Position numbers and translations under genes: made by a program
The notes under the pieces: generated by a model
Seen by the model: the letters and a program-made list of their open reading frames with translations, nothing else
Database searches by the model: none
What the model was told of the DNA's origin: nothing
Assembly (NCBI GenBank): GCA_045654145.1
Contig: JAZOMS010000002.1
Coordinates: 1 to 38,982, forward strand
Direction of reading: 5' to 3'
DNA length: 38,982 bases
From: Alistipes sp.
GTDB lineage: Bacteria; Bacteroidota; Bacteroidia; Bacteroidales; Rikenellaceae
Shown here: positions 38,353 to 38,982 of the stretch, piece after piece
How the letters are laid out: each line of letters starts with the position of its first letter
Position numbering within the stretch: the stretch's first letter is position 1

Positions 38353-38982
38353 TTAGCTGAACCAATAGAGTTGGGCGAGTGCAAATCGCTCGGCAGGTTT
38401 GACGTAGGCGTGCGCACCATTGACCATTACCTCGAAGGTTTCGGGATTGACCTCGATGCGTGGAGTCGCACCATTGAGTACCATATCGGCTTTCGAGAGT
38501 TGTCGGGTACGACGCACGGGGCAGACCTGCCGTTGCAGACCGAGTCGCTCGGCAATGCCACTCTGGAAAGCTGCATTCGATACGAATGAGAGGCATGTGG
38601 CGGGTTGCGCTGTGCCAAATGAGCCGAACATCGGACGATAGTAGCAGGGCTGTGGCGTAGGCAACGAGGCGTTCGGGTCGCCCATATTCGACCAATTGAT
38701 CACTCCGCCCTTGATCACCATCTTGGGCTTTGCACCGAAGAAGGCTGGCTCCCAAAGCACCAGATCGGCCACCTTGCCACGCTCGACCGAGCCGATGTAG
38801 TCTGACACACCGAAGGTGATCGCAGGGTTGATCGTAACCTTGGCCAAGTACCTAAGTACGCGATAGTTGTCGTTGCCTTCGGCATCCTCTTTCAAGCGAC
38901 CGCAAGCCGACTTCATATACGATGCCATCTGCACGGCACGCATAAACGACCCGCCCACACGACCCATCGCCTGCGAGTCGGA
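38353..38982 (-). CDS. ureC: Urease alpha subunit, C-terminal part; begins beyond the window end
   Basis: [56 protein letters not shown]. Confidence 0.97.
   Translation of the reverse strand, partial: SDSQAMGRVGGSFMRAVQMASYMKSACGRLKEDAEGNDNYRVLRYLAKVTINPAITFGVSDYIGSVERGKVADLVLWEPAFFGAKPKMVIKGGVINWSNMGDPNASLPTPQPCYYRPMFGSFGTAQPATCLSFVSNAAFQSGIAERLGLQRQVCPVRRTRQLSKADMVLNGATPRIEVNPETFEVMVNGAHAYVKPAERFALAQLYWFS

Overview
Gene-dense chromosomal segment from a Bacteroidota bacterium, most likely Rikenellaceae/Alistipes-like (inferred from TAnnTTTG promoters, AT-rich leaders without Shine-Dalgarno motifs, and protein styles). 1-22.6 kb is mostly housekeeping: partial MsbA-type ABC exporter, trpS, ClC-CBS channel, BtuFCD/FecBCD-type ABC importer, DUF2723/TMEM260-like glycosyltransferase, agmatinase, two FKBP lipoproteins, TlpA, cysS, a small glycine-zipper protein, prfB with no programmed frameshift, queG, acyl-CoA ligase, eno and a DAACS symporter. 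22.8-31.7 kb is the best candidate for an undescribed system: a self-contained 7-gene minus-strand operon with its own promoter, 21-bp-spaced upstream direct repeats and a terminator. It encodes five surface lipoproteins (four with type V pilin-like Arg processing sites, two with FN3-like plus PCMD-like modules) and two paralogous outer-membrane beta-barrels. 32.0-39.0 kb is a Yersinia/Brucella ure2-style urease cluster (ureC partial, ureEFGD, urea transporter, ECF nickel transporter). CGATCG appears strongly over-represented, in a HIP1-like way. No rRNA, tRNA, CRISPR array, transposase or integrase was seen. Family assignments come from motif recognition, not database searches.
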